A program made the translations under genes and the position numbers. A stretch of 9,910 bases of DNA from a virus. Lineage: Duplodnaviria; Heunggongvirae; Uroviricota; Caudoviricetes. The stretch is from positions 1 to 9,910 of the IMG/VR virus record IMGVR_UViG_2713896897_000004. One strand, written 5' to 3'. The notes under the pieces were generated by a model. The model was given only the letters and a program-made list of their open reading frames with translations. It had not been told where the DNA came from and did not search any database. Positions 1 to 7,049 of the stretch are shown here, piece after piece; the first letter of the stretch is position 1, and each line of letters starts with the position of its first letter.

Positions 1-196
1 CTGTTACTGGTCGATTTAAGTCAACCTTTACCGCTGATTCGTGGAACAGATACTCTCTTCCATCCTTAACCGGAGGAGGGAATATCCTGCACTCGCGTAC
101 CCATCGACGAACTGTTTCAAGGCTTCTTGGGCGTCGCTGGCGTGCGTTCCACTCCTGAAGTGTCAAGTACATCGCAAAGTCTCCGCAATTACACGC

Positions 197-219
197 AAGA
201 AAAGCCGCATTGATGCGGC
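197..219 (-). terminator. Putative rho-independent terminator after the 114-aa gene
   Basis: Plus strand aagaaaa-GCCGCA-ttga-TGCGGC: a 6-bp GC-rich stem with 4-nt loop. On the minus strand the hairpin is followed by TTTTCTT, about 56 nt downstream of the stop at 278. Confidence 0.5.
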
Positions 220-277
220 AATGGTAGGTCTGGATATCTTGAGAAATGAACAGGCCTCATTGAGTGTGAGGCTGTGG

Positions 278-622
278 TTAGTCCTTGCGTAGCTCGCTAA
301 TTCTTCTGTAAGTCTCTGGTGCTTTGTTTCCGTGTATCTTCATTTCAGACTTCAACAGAGCGACGAGGGAATCCCATTCGTTGAGGATGCCTTTGAATGC
401 CGGAACGCGCTTTGCAACCTTGTCGAATGAATCTCTGATTTCTGGAATCTGCTCAACAAGTGCAACGCATCGCCGGAAGTCTGCTGCGTCATGTGGAGCG
501 CCGAAGTGATGACCATAGATATTCTTTTTCAGTCCACATGCGATTGAGGCAAGAGTTGCGCTACTGATGCCAACATCGCCAGTCGATTGCCATTTCAAAA
601 CCTTCATAGCCAAATCTGACAT
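278..622 (-). CDS. Hypothetical protein (114 aa), distal pL-operon accessory gene
   Basis: ATG at 622 with GGAGA 7 nt upstream; intact ORF followed by the terminator hairpin. No family recognised. Confidence 0.55.
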   Translation of the reverse strand: MSDLAMKVLKWQSTGDVGISSATLASIACGLKKNIYGHHFGAPHDAADFRRCVALVEQIPEIRDSFDKVAKRVPAFKGILNEWDSLVALLKSEMKIHGNKAPETYRRISELRKD

Positions 623-780
623 TTCTTGTCTCCATAAAACAAAACCCGCCGTAGCGAGTTCAGATAAAAGAAATCCCCGCGAGTGCGAGGATTGTTATTG
701 TCTTTTCTTCGTGCATTTGTCGCACTTTCGGCACCATCCAGATAGGCACATCCGTCCGCAATTAACACATATAGGCCACA

Positions 781-1059
781 TCATTTTTCCTCTTTTGGTT
801 TATGAATCTGAATGGTCATGCCGCTTTGAGTGGTGACTACAATGACAGAACCAGGCTGAAGACTGTTAAGATTGAATGCTTCGTAAAACGAATCCAAGGC
901 CAGCGTTTTTTTATTCTTTCGGTTCCACCAACGCCATCCCTTGCTACAGGCTACACTGACAATCCACTGCCCACTCCTGTAAGCCATATAAAACCAGATG
1001 AGCAAAACCTGAAGGAAGGCCATCCAGTCAATAATCGTATATTTCGCGAAGGAGTCCAT
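781..1059 (-). CDS. Small predicted membrane protein (92 aa)
   Basis: ATG at 1059 overlaps the upstream gene's TGA (TGATG); AGGAGGTG 5 nt upstream. N-terminal hydrophobic segment IIDWMAFLQVLLIWFYMAY followed by a basic stretch. The ORF track's longer 141-aa version starts inside the upstream gene and is rejected. Confidence 0.55.
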   Translation of the reverse strand: MDSFAKYTIIDWMAFLQVLLIWFYMAYRSGQWIVSVACSKGWRWWNRKNKKTLALDSFYEAFNLNSLQPGSVIVVTTQSGMTIQIHKPKEEK

Positions 1060-1838
1060 CAATTCACCTCCTGCGGCGGTTCTGGTAGCGGCATCCAGAA
1101 CAAGACGTTCCCTAACCACGATAAAGTGCCGTCGCTCAACTCCACGTATTCCCCTTGTACCTGTCCTGCCATATACTCGCCGTGCTTTGAATAAATTAAA
1201 ACCCAATCGTCTTGAGCGGGAATTCGCTCACTACAGCTTATCCAACTATCCGGAGTTACCGGAGTTGGTCCATCGAATTCGGGCATGTCAGGACCTTTTC
1301 TGATAGCTTTAGCCAGCTCCAGCGGGTCATCGTAAAGCCAGTCGCCAGTTTGTGGGTGATTTGCTTCTGCAAGCTGCGCAGCCCATTCAAGACCATCTTT
1401 TTGACCTTGGAGATAATCAAGCGGCAACTCTTCATGATTACTTGCAGGTTCGGCACTATGAAGCATGGCGGCGCGGCAGGCGTTCCAGCCAGCTGTTCGC
1501 CCAAGCGCGTAAACTTCAGATGGATCAAGATAATCAATGTCATGCCCGTCCTCATCGTCGTTCTCAGGTAATGCAGCAGGTACTACTGGTACTGGAGGGG
1601 CGGCATAAACAGGAATAACGTCCGATTGATCTTTATTGCTTTCATCCGTCAAAGCCCAGAATAATTTTCCGGCCGGATGTTTGAAAATATAAGCAACTGG
1701 CTCTGCTTCCAGTGATGCCAGTGCAATTCGTGCCAGTTCTTCCGCTTCTTCTGCTGGCAGTACAACGTTGCTACCAGGTCCGTATGTTTCGCGCCACTGC
1801 TGGATTGTCAGCAGGCGTTCTTTGGTAATAGTGGTCAT
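1059..1838 (-). CDS. Phage accessory protein with C-terminal DUF551-like domain (259 aa)
   Basis: ATG at 1838 with AAGGTGA 8 nt upstream. The C-terminal W/P-rich segment (DSWISCSERIP...WVLIY...WLGNVLFWMPLPEPP) resembles the phage DUF551 domain as I recall it. Confidence 0.65.
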   Translation of the reverse strand: MTTITKERLLTIQQWRETYGPGSNVVLPAEEAEELARIALASLEAEPVAYIFKHPAGKLFWALTDESNKDQSDVIPVYAAPPVPVVPAALPENDDEDGHDIDYLDPSEVYALGRTAGWNACRAAMLHSAEPASNHEELPLDYLQGQKDGLEWAAQLAEANHPQTGDWLYDDPLELAKAIRKGPDMPEFDGPTPVTPDSWISCSERIPAQDDWVLIYSKHGEYMAGQVQGEYVELSDGTLSWLGNVLFWMPLPEPPQEVN

Positions 1839-1840
1839 AG

Positions 1841-2032
1841 CTATTTCACCTTAATCTCAACATTTCGCAGCTTTAGCTCTACTGGCAGGTCTGACTTTCC
1901 GGTTAATGCTAATGCGAGATTTTCTGGAGTAATGAGAGCAGTTATTGTTTTCCCCCTCGCCAGACGAATAATCATTCGTATCTCGCAATCGTCACATGCT
2001 CCCGGTCGAACAATTGAGATTTGTCCGTTCAT
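1841..2032 (-). CDS. Hypothetical small protein (63 aa)
   Basis: ATG at 2032 lies 1 nt after the upstream TGA, with AAGGAG 6-7 nt upstream. The track's 90-aa version begins inside the upstream gene. Confidence 0.5.
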   Translation of the reverse strand: MNGQISIVRPGACDDCEIRMIIRLARGKTITALITPENLALALTGKSDLPVELKLRNVEIKVK

Positions 2033-2033
2033 C

Positions 2034-2702
2034 TCACTCTCCTTTGATGCGAATGCCTGCGGCGCGTGGCACATTAACTTCCACGATGCGCACTGTTGGT
2101 TTGTACATCTCAATCGCTGTCAACCAGTCAGCTCCTGTCATGCGCTTTTCCGCATCGCCATTAGTCCACTGAACCGGTACACCAATAGCCTTCATCGCGA
2201 TTTCTATTTCCCCGGCAATGGCGCTTTTTCCGCAACCAGTAAAACCAGAAACAACGACAAGAACTTCACCTTTGGCTGGTTTTATTTCCCGTGCTTCCAG
2301 TTCTGCAATGCGCTTACTTCCATCCGAGATAACACCTTCGTAATACTCACGCTGCTCGTTGAGTTTTGATTTTGCTGCTTCAAGCTCAACGCGCAGCTTC
2401 CCAACCGTAAGCGCAATATCCTCGTTCTCCTGGTCGCGGCGTTTGATGTATTGCTGGTTTCTTTCCAGCTCATCCAGCAGCGCCTGCACTACTTCAGGGT
2501 TGAAAGCTGCGATATAACGAGCGTTGTTCTCTGCGTTTTTCTGTCCATCAAAGCCGGTCCATTTGATAACGTCTTCACATCGTTTATCACCAGGTGTATG
2601 CACCGCATATGTACCAGTACCAGACGAAATAAATGCGACCCATTCACCCTGTGTTGCCTTTTCTGCCGCATCACGCAGTGCCTGATAGTCAATTTTGCTC
2701 AT
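2034..2702 (-). CDS. Ead/Ea22-like phage accessory protein (222 aa)
   Basis: ATG at 2702 overlaps the upstream stop (ATGA). The N-terminus MSKIDYQALRDAAEKATQGEW matches my recollection of the Ead/Ea22-like N-terminal signature; the central region is coiled-coil-like. Confidence 0.55.
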   Translation of the reverse strand: MSKIDYQALRDAAEKATQGEWVAFISSGTGTYAVHTPGDKRCEDVIKWTGFDGQKNAENNARYIAAFNPEVVQALLDELERNQQYIKRRDQENEDIALTVGKLRVELEAAKSKLNEQREYYEGVISDGSKRIAELEAREIKPAKGEVLVVVSGFTGCGKSAIAGEIEIAMKAIGVPVQWTNGDAEKRMTGADWLTAIEMYKPTVRIVEVNVPRAAGIRIKGE

Positions 2703-2932
2703 TGTGCCTCCTCGATTTCGTCCCATTCCACCCAGGCATTCTCTCCATCAGCATCGATTTCACCTTTGTGACCGCATTTGGAACAGACAGCCTCATCACC
2801 CGCCCACAAAGAATCTTTGGTTACCGACCATCCTGTTACCTTGGCTTTGCCGTGCTGGCACTTAGGGCAATCATCAAGCCATTCGACTTCGACTGTTGAA
2901 GGACCAAATCCATGTTCAGTTCGGATGCTCAT
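2699..2932 (-). CDS. Small zinc-ribbon protein (77 aa)
   Basis: ATG at 2932 overlaps the upstream TGA (ATGA). Two Cys pairs, CPKC and CSKC, give a CxxC...CxxC zinc-ribbon pattern. Confidence 0.55.
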   Translation of the reverse strand: MSIRTEHGFGPSTVEVEWLDDCPKCQHGKAKVTGWSVTKDSLWAGDEAVCSKCGHKGEIDADGENAWVEWDEIEEAQ

Positions 2933-3474
2933 AACTGAACTCCTTTGCGAAGCTGCTCCGCACAATGCAGCAGGGCGTCCGTCGCTTCTTTCACCGTAAC
3001 GATGTCGCCATCGTCCAGCCTGGCAACCGTCGCGTCCTTAACGAACACCGAGCAAAGGTCATTAAACGCCTGCGCCCGTACTTCAGCCAAGAAAGCGTCG
3101 GTGGCTGTGGTTTCGATATCGTTAATTTCAGGAAGAATCTCTTCCCATGTAGCGATATCGCCATTCAAATGCCATCCGGCAATTCCACTGGAGTTATCCG
3201 CAACACTCCGAACGGCTTCAATAGTTTCATGCATTGCCGCATTCTCCGCAGCCAGCACCGAAAACTTCTCGTGTGCCAACTTAACAGCCGCATCAGCCTG
3301 CTTAATTGACTCAATCGCTTTCTGGTGGTCTTCGGACAGAGCCGAAATCTTGGCCTCCGCTGCAGCAAATTTACGCACCAGATATTCAGCGTTTGTTTCG
3401 TTAAGCTTTAAATCTCGTGGGATGCATTTACCTTTCAGGAATCCATCCATCTCAATTAGTGACATTTGTTTCAT
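2929..3474 (-). CDS. Hypothetical protein (181 aa)
   Basis: ATG at 3474 (second in-frame ATG at 3465), with the stop overlapping the next start. No family recognised. Confidence 0.55.
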   Translation of the reverse strand: MKQMSLIEMDGFLKGKCIPRDLKLNETNAEYLVRKFAAAEAKISALSEDHQKAIESIKQADAAVKLAHEKFSVLAAENAAMHETIEAVRSVADNSSGIAGWHLNGDIATWEEILPEINDIETTATDAFLAEVRAQAFNDLCSVFVKDATVARLDDGDIVTVKEATDALLHCAEQLRKGVQL

Positions 3475-3651
3475 TTCTTCCCACTCCGCAACATCGCATT
3501 CAGATATTTGTTTTGATTCACTGATGGAAAAGAATTTCTCTTAAGCAATTCCTCTCTCGATGGCATTGGCTTTACGCGTTAGAGAATAATCATTTCTGCC
3601 GGAAGAATGCCGGGATTGTATGCAAGTCCTCTCATGGTAAATTCCTCTTTG

Positions 3652-3966
3652 TTAATTTATTCGTATGCCTGCTCTTTCTTCATCGAGTTTTTTTAGCTTG
3701 TATCGCATAGCTCTTACTGAATAAATTGAGCGGCAGGTTGCAATTGCTATTTCTTCCGCGGTGAACTTACCGAAAAGTGATACTTCGGCTCTTGTCCATC
3801 GTCTTCCACGAAGTCGGCTAACAATGTCAGCGCCAATCCTTGTTGCTTTCGCCATAACTGCTTTTTCAGTCCTTTCCAGTTTTTCAGCGATAACTTCAAC
3901 TGGCATTGTCGCCGCTACTTCGCGCAAGAAATCGACTTCCCATTTCTCCCATGGAGTCTTTTTCAT
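3652..3966 (-). CDS. Hypothetical protein (104 aa), possible DNA-binding protein with two W-x3-E-V-x2-L repeats
   Basis: ATG at 3966, 11 nt after the Gp157-like stop. Internal repeat WEKWEVDFLREV / RRWTRAEVSLFGKF resembles tandem Myb/SANT-like helices. Weak SD. Confidence 0.5.
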   Translation of the reverse strand: MKKTPWEKWEVDFLREVAATMPVEVIAEKLERTEKAVMAKATRIGADIVSRLRGRRWTRAEVSLFGKFTAEEIAIATCRSIYSVRAMRYKLKKLDEERAGIRIN

Positions 3967-3977
3967 AGGCGATACCG

Positions 3978-4460
3978 TTATTTGATAAGAAGTGAAGGTT
4001 TCCCAACTTTGAGTTGAGCGCCGGGGATATTTATTCCTGCTTTTAGTTGGTGTTTGATTGCCAACTTGTCGGCTTTAATTGTTGTTTCAAACTCAACGTA
4101 TTCAGGAGGAAGGGCGCTTGAGTCGATGATTTCTACAGTTTCTGACGGTTTGCGGATTGTTACCTGGTGAATACCTGCTCGCATCTTTTTCTTGCCAACC
4201 ATTTCAAGCGATGACGCTATATATGATTTGATGCTGTCAATCTTATTTTGAATTACTGCGGCTCGTTCATTCAGTGACTTTGCCTCTTCCTTGAGGCGTT
4301 CAGCATAACCAGATTCATTTTTAATAATGGCGAGAAGTTGCTCTATTTTATCGGTAAATTCTCCTTCCATGCCTTCTATTGTGTCAGCAATCATCTCTGG
4401 TTCTAAATCTGAATCCATCAATTTTGCGTATTCATTGGCTATTTCATATAGTTTGCTCAC
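3978..4460 (-). CDS. Sipho_Gp157-like coiled-coil protein (RecT-associated)
   Basis: Likely start is GTG at 4460 with GGAGG 6 nt upstream; the track's start at 4466 is a TTG. N-terminal LYEIANEYAKL...IADTIEGMEGE...LKEEAKSLNERAA resembles the Gp157 family pattern. Confidence 0.6.
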   Translation of the reverse strand: MSKLYEIANEYAKLMDSDLEPEMIADTIEGMEGEFTDKIEQLLAIIKNESGYAERLKEEAKSLNERAAVIQNKIDSIKSYIASSLEMVGKKKMRAGIHQVTIRKPSETVEIIDSSALPPEYVEFETTIKADKLAIKHQLKAGINIPGAQLKVGKPSLLIK

Positions 4461-5355
4461 TGGCAACCTCCAGTTTCGCTTTGCATTCCATGTAAATGGC
4501 TTGTACGTTCTGCTGCAATTTCATTCCAGATGTCAGGCGATATGCTTCTGCAAAATATCGCTTCAAATCATCCATGTTTTCTGCCTGAGCCATTTCATCA
4601 CAAAGAAGTTGTGCTTTATCCATTATTTCCTGCTGGTGTTTCCGTTCATCTTCGCGGATATCTTCCTCTGATTTGTGCGGCATAACTGGTTCAGTCCACA
4701 CACCTTCTTCTTCGTTTAGTACGTGAATAGCACTATCAAGACGTAATGCCTTAGGCCAATACTTGCTTGCACGCTTTACGACCGTCTTTCGCGCCATCTC
4801 ATTCCAGTGATTTACCCATGGTCCTTTATCGCTGAATGCTGCCTTGCTTGTTTTCCTTACAGCCTCAATTTCAGCCAGACTCATCTCTTCCGTTAGATAA
4901 TCACCTGCTGGCGTCTTAACTGTGCAGTAAACGCCAACGATATCACCACGATCACCGAAGGCGGTGTATTTATGGGTTGGTGCTTTATCAAGCCCGTTTG
5001 ACTCATAGGTATCGTTAGCATGAACAAGTTTTGCCTGACCCCATGAGATAACACCAGACTCCATTGCAATATGGAGCAATCCCATATAGCTGATATCAAG
5101 GCAAACCATGCCATCGCGCGGAACCAGATAAGCCAGTTTGCTTGCAGGGTTTAAAGTGATGCCGATCGCCGCAACGTTGATGATAGCGTTCTGTGCGCTG
5201 GTTGGATTTGCCAGTGCTGTTTTAGCCAGGTAATCGTTTTTCTGGAAATACTGAATTGCAAACTGGCTTTCCTTAGCCCATGTCACCGTCTGTTCAGTCA
5301 ATACTCCGCAGAATAACTGCTCTTGCTGTTTAACGAATTCAACGATATTGCTCAT
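4444..5355 (-). CDS. recT: RecT-family single-strand annealing recombinase (303 aa)
   Basis: Motif GPWVNHWNEMARKTVVKRASKYWP matches the RecT core (GPWVTHWEEMAKKTAIRRLFKYLP in Rac RecT, as recalled). ATG at 5355 with GGAGAA 6 nt upstream; ATGA overlap with the upstream gene. Confidence 0.85.
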   Translation of the reverse strand: MSNIVEFVKQQEQLFCGVLTEQTVTWAKESQFAIQYFQKNDYLAKTALANPTSAQNAIINVAAIGITLNPASKLAYLVPRDGMVCLDISYMGLLHIAMESGVISWGQAKLVHANDTYESNGLDKAPTHKYTAFGDRGDIVGVYCTVKTPAGDYLTEEMSLAEIEAVRKTSKAAFSDKGPWVNHWNEMARKTVVKRASKYWPKALRLDSAIHVLNEEEGVWTEPVMPHKSEEDIREDERKHQQEIMDKAQLLCDEMAQAENMDDLKRYFAEAYRLTSGMKLQQNVQAIYMECKAKLEVASEQTI

Positions 5356-5663
5356 GCAGCTTCTCCATAAATATGTCTGCGTTTGAATATTGCGAAGGCA
5401 TATTCAGCCTTAACTCTTTCGGTTATTGCATCCCAGAACCATTCAGCGGCTTTTTCCTGATAGTTACAGTCATCATCTTCCAGCCAGTCGATAGCGTCCT
5501 TAGTGTGTTCATCTGGTTTATATGAGCGAAGCATTTCGCTTATTGGGTCGCAACGTTTGCAGAGGCGATCAACTTCACTGTTGATTCGCTCGTAATCTTC
5601 ATCAGTAAAACTTGCGATTATTTGCGATATTTCACGCTTATCATTCAGAGTCAGAATCATCAT
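5352..5663 (-). CDS. Hypothetical acidic protein (103 aa) in the gam-equivalent slot
   Basis: ATG at 5663 with AGGAG upstream. About 24 Asp/Glu against 15 Lys/Arg. Sits immediately upstream of recT. Confidence 0.6.
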   Translation of the reverse strand: MMILTLNDKREISQIIASFTDEDYERINSEVDRLCKRCDPISEMLRSYKPDEHTKDAIDWLEDDDCNYQEKAAEWFWDAITERVKAEYAFAIFKRRHIYGEAA

Positions 5664-5744
5664 CTTTCTCCTGTTCTTTGTGCTGATTGAGCATTTTGTT
5701 CATCTGACGAATGAATTCTTCGTCTTACCAGTTATCTGTAAAAC

Positions 5745-5897
5745 TCATTTCCTGCGATACCACGGAAGGTTGATAGCTGATTTCATCGCTTTATTTGCTT
5801 CAAGCCACATTTTGGAATCACCAATAAATCTGGCTATTACTGCTTTGTTTTGTGCTGCACGAAGCATCTGGTGATTGATGGCTATTTCATTGCGCAT
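5745..5897 (-). CDS. Kil-like small protein (50 aa), candidate host cell-division inhibitor
   Basis: Not in the ORF track; found by hand translation: MRNEIAINHQMLRAAQNKAVIARFIGDSKMWLEANKAMKSAINLPWYRRK. ATG at 5897 with GGAGG 4 nt upstream. It overlaps the cIII 3' end by 16 nt in another frame, the arrangement I recall for cIII/kil in lambda. Confidence 0.4.
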   Translation of the reverse strand: MRNEIAINHQMLRAAQNKAVIARFIGDSKMWLEANKAMKSAINLPWYRRK

Positions 5898-6016
5898 AAC
5901 GCCTCCAGTTGTTTCTTTGCTGCTCTGATTAATTGTTTAACTCGGCGTGATAATTCAGATTCGTGCGGGTAGAAAGCGGACATGACGCCGCTACCCGCGA
6001 GCTGAAAGTGCATCAT
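5882..6016 (-). CDS. cIII: cIII-like protein (44 aa), FtsH (HflB) protease inhibitor
   Basis: ATG-ATG at 6016/6013 with AAGGAG 6 nt upstream. PHESELSRRVKQLIRAAKKQLEAL aligns with the lambda CIII core PSESLLERITRKLRDGWKRLIDIL. The track's 79-aa version starts upstream of a terminator hairpin. Confidence 0.6.
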   Translation of the reverse strand: MMHFQLAGSGVMSAFYPHESELSRRVKQLIRAAKKQLEALCAMK

Positions 6017-6082
6017 GGGTAACTCCTTATATTTGATTGCATAACGAAAACGCCTCGAGTGAAGCGTTATTGGTATGCATAT

Positions 6083-6106
6083 AAAAAAGCCCTCACACTG
6101 GAGGGC
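6083..6106 (-). terminator. Rho-independent terminator (tL-type) just upstream of cIII
   Basis: Plus strand aaaaaa-GCCCTC-acactg-GAGGGC: on the minus strand a 6-bp GC stem is followed by TTTTTTAT. Confidence 0.5.
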
Positions 6107-6168
6107 AAAGAAGATTTCCAATAATCAGAACAAGTCGGCTCCTGTTTAGTTACGAGCGACATTGCTCC

Positions 6169-6196
6169 GTGTATTCACTCGTTGGAATGAATACAC
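6169..6196. repeat. Inverted repeat with 9-bp arms (GTGTATTCA-N10-TGAATACAC)
   Basis: Perfect 9-bp arms read directly from the sequence; followed on the plus strand by a T-rich tract. Function unknown. Confidence 0.4.
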
Positions 6197-6223
6197 AGTG
6201 CTGTGTTTATTCTGTTGTTTATG

Positions 6224-6251
6224 CCAAAAATAAAGGCCGACTATGCGGCCT
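6224..6251 (-). terminator. Rho-independent terminator (tL1-like) after the membrane-protein gene
   Basis: Plus strand ccaaaaataaa-AGGCCG-actatg-CGGCCT: on the minus strand a 6-bp stem is followed by TTTATTTTTGG, right after the TAA at 6256. Confidence 0.55.
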
Positions 6252-6255
6252 GAAA

Positions 6256-6705
6256 TTACTTAACCAATGATGCTGCATATTCGATAAGGTAAAGCTTTGG
6301 GGCCAGCAAAATTTTTAACCATGTCATATTGGTTACTACAGCAATAATAAAGCTTACCCACAGAACAAAAACTGCAGCTAATGGTAAGATTAGAAAACTA
6401 ATCTCACCGTTACTTTCCCAAATCATAGTCGGTTTGTATTTAGTCTTCCCCTTATCCCATGACCATCCTTCATCATCGAACTTACCAATTTCAACTTTTT
6501 GGTACTGTTTCTTCATAAACCAGAAAACCAGCGGGATTGTTAAAATGGCTATTAATGTTTTAATCAGACTGTCAACCATATTCCATAGCAGCAACTGATG
6601 AACAACATCAGGAATCTGTGCCTGGCTAAATGAGACAGCTGTGTCTATTCCATTACTGGCTTTTTGCAATAGTTCTATGAGAATCTTATTTGCCTGTTCT
6701 TCCAT
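6256..6705 (-). CDS. Two-TM inner-membrane protein (149 aa), putative superinfection-exclusion protein
   Basis: ATG at 6705 with GAGGTGA 5 nt upstream, overlapping the N stop. Two hydrophobic helices (LIKTLIAILTIPLVFWFM and ISFLILPLAAVFVLWVSFIIAVV). It sits immediately downstream of N, as sieB does in lambda and P22; the assignment is by position and topology only. Confidence 0.65.
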   Translation of the reverse strand: MEEQANKILIELLQKASNGIDTAVSFSQAQIPDVVHQLLLWNMVDSLIKTLIAILTIPLVFWFMKKQYQKVEIGKFDDEGWSWDKGKTKYKPTMIWESNGEISFLILPLAAVFVLWVSFIIAVVTNMTWLKILLAPKLYLIEYAASLVK

Positions 6706-6713
6706 ATATCACC

Positions 6714-7049
6714 TCAAATAAGTGGTTTGCTGCCTAATTTCATTTTCTGGCGACCAACACAAGTCACCCCCATTTCACTGCGTGGCTTGCGGTAGTAAAT
6801 ACGGTTCTGTTTACGCTCGACTTCTTCTGCCTTCTTGCAGCGAAGGCTTCCGAGTGATATTGCTTTTTCAGAAAGGCTTAAACGCTTTCTTGGGGCCTCC
6901 TGAACAGGTTCCTCACTGTCTGTGCCGAAGATAGAATCAATGATGTTACAGATAGCATCACGCTCAATAGCAAGCTTTCTGCGCCGCTCATGACGGCGAG
7001 TTTTGGCATTTCCTGCAAATGTTGATTTTCCGTACACGATTACCGTCAT
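6714..7049 (-). CDS. N: N-type transcription antitermination protein (111 aa)
   Basis: From ATG 7049 (GAGGA 8 nt upstream), residues 13-30 read GNAKTRRHERRRKLAIER, matching the P22 N arginine-rich motif as I recall it. The C-terminus YYRKPRSEMGVTCVGRQKMKLGSKPLI parallels lambda N's WYSKPGERGITCSGRQKIKGKSIPLI. The track's 139-aa ORF begins at a GTG at 7133 in the leader. Confidence 0.85.
   Translation of the reverse strand: MTVIVYGKSTFAGNAKTRRHERRRKLAIERDAICNIIDSIFGTDSEEPVQEAPRKRLSLSEKAISLGSLRCKKAEEVERKQNRIYYRKPRSEMGVTCVGRQKMKLGSKPLI

Noticed and set aside
41-292. Plus-strand 83-aa ORF at the left end
   Set aside because: Low-complexity, basic-rich translation that runs through the minus-strand terminator hairpin; no SD. 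Likely noncoding.
802-1194. Plus-strand 130-aa ORF
   Set aside because: Antisense to the coupled minus-strand genes at 781..1838, which have SDs and stop/start overlaps.
1212-1618. Plus-strand ORFs 1212..1571 and 1352..1618, and minus-strand 1256..1555
   Set aside because: All lie inside the DUF551-like gene in other frames or on the other strand.
1932-2369. Plus-strand 145-aa ORF
   Set aside because: Antisense shadow of the Ead/Ea22-like gene.
2945-3544. Plus-strand 199-aa ORF (and 2965..3309)
   Set aside because: Antisense to the 181-aa minus-strand gene; Ser/Ala-rich low-complexity translation typical of a shadow ORF.
4327-4671. Plus-strand 114-aa ORF
   Set aside because: Antisense to the recT/Gp157 junction.
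5680-5874. Plus-strand 64-aa ORF
   Set aside because: Overlaps the better-supported minus-strand Kil-like ORF, which has an SD and lambda-like cIII overlap.
5882-6121. 79-aa extended version of the cIII ORF
   Set aside because: The N-terminal extension runs through a terminator hairpin (6089-6106); the internal ATG with AAGGAG SD gives a CIII-sized product.
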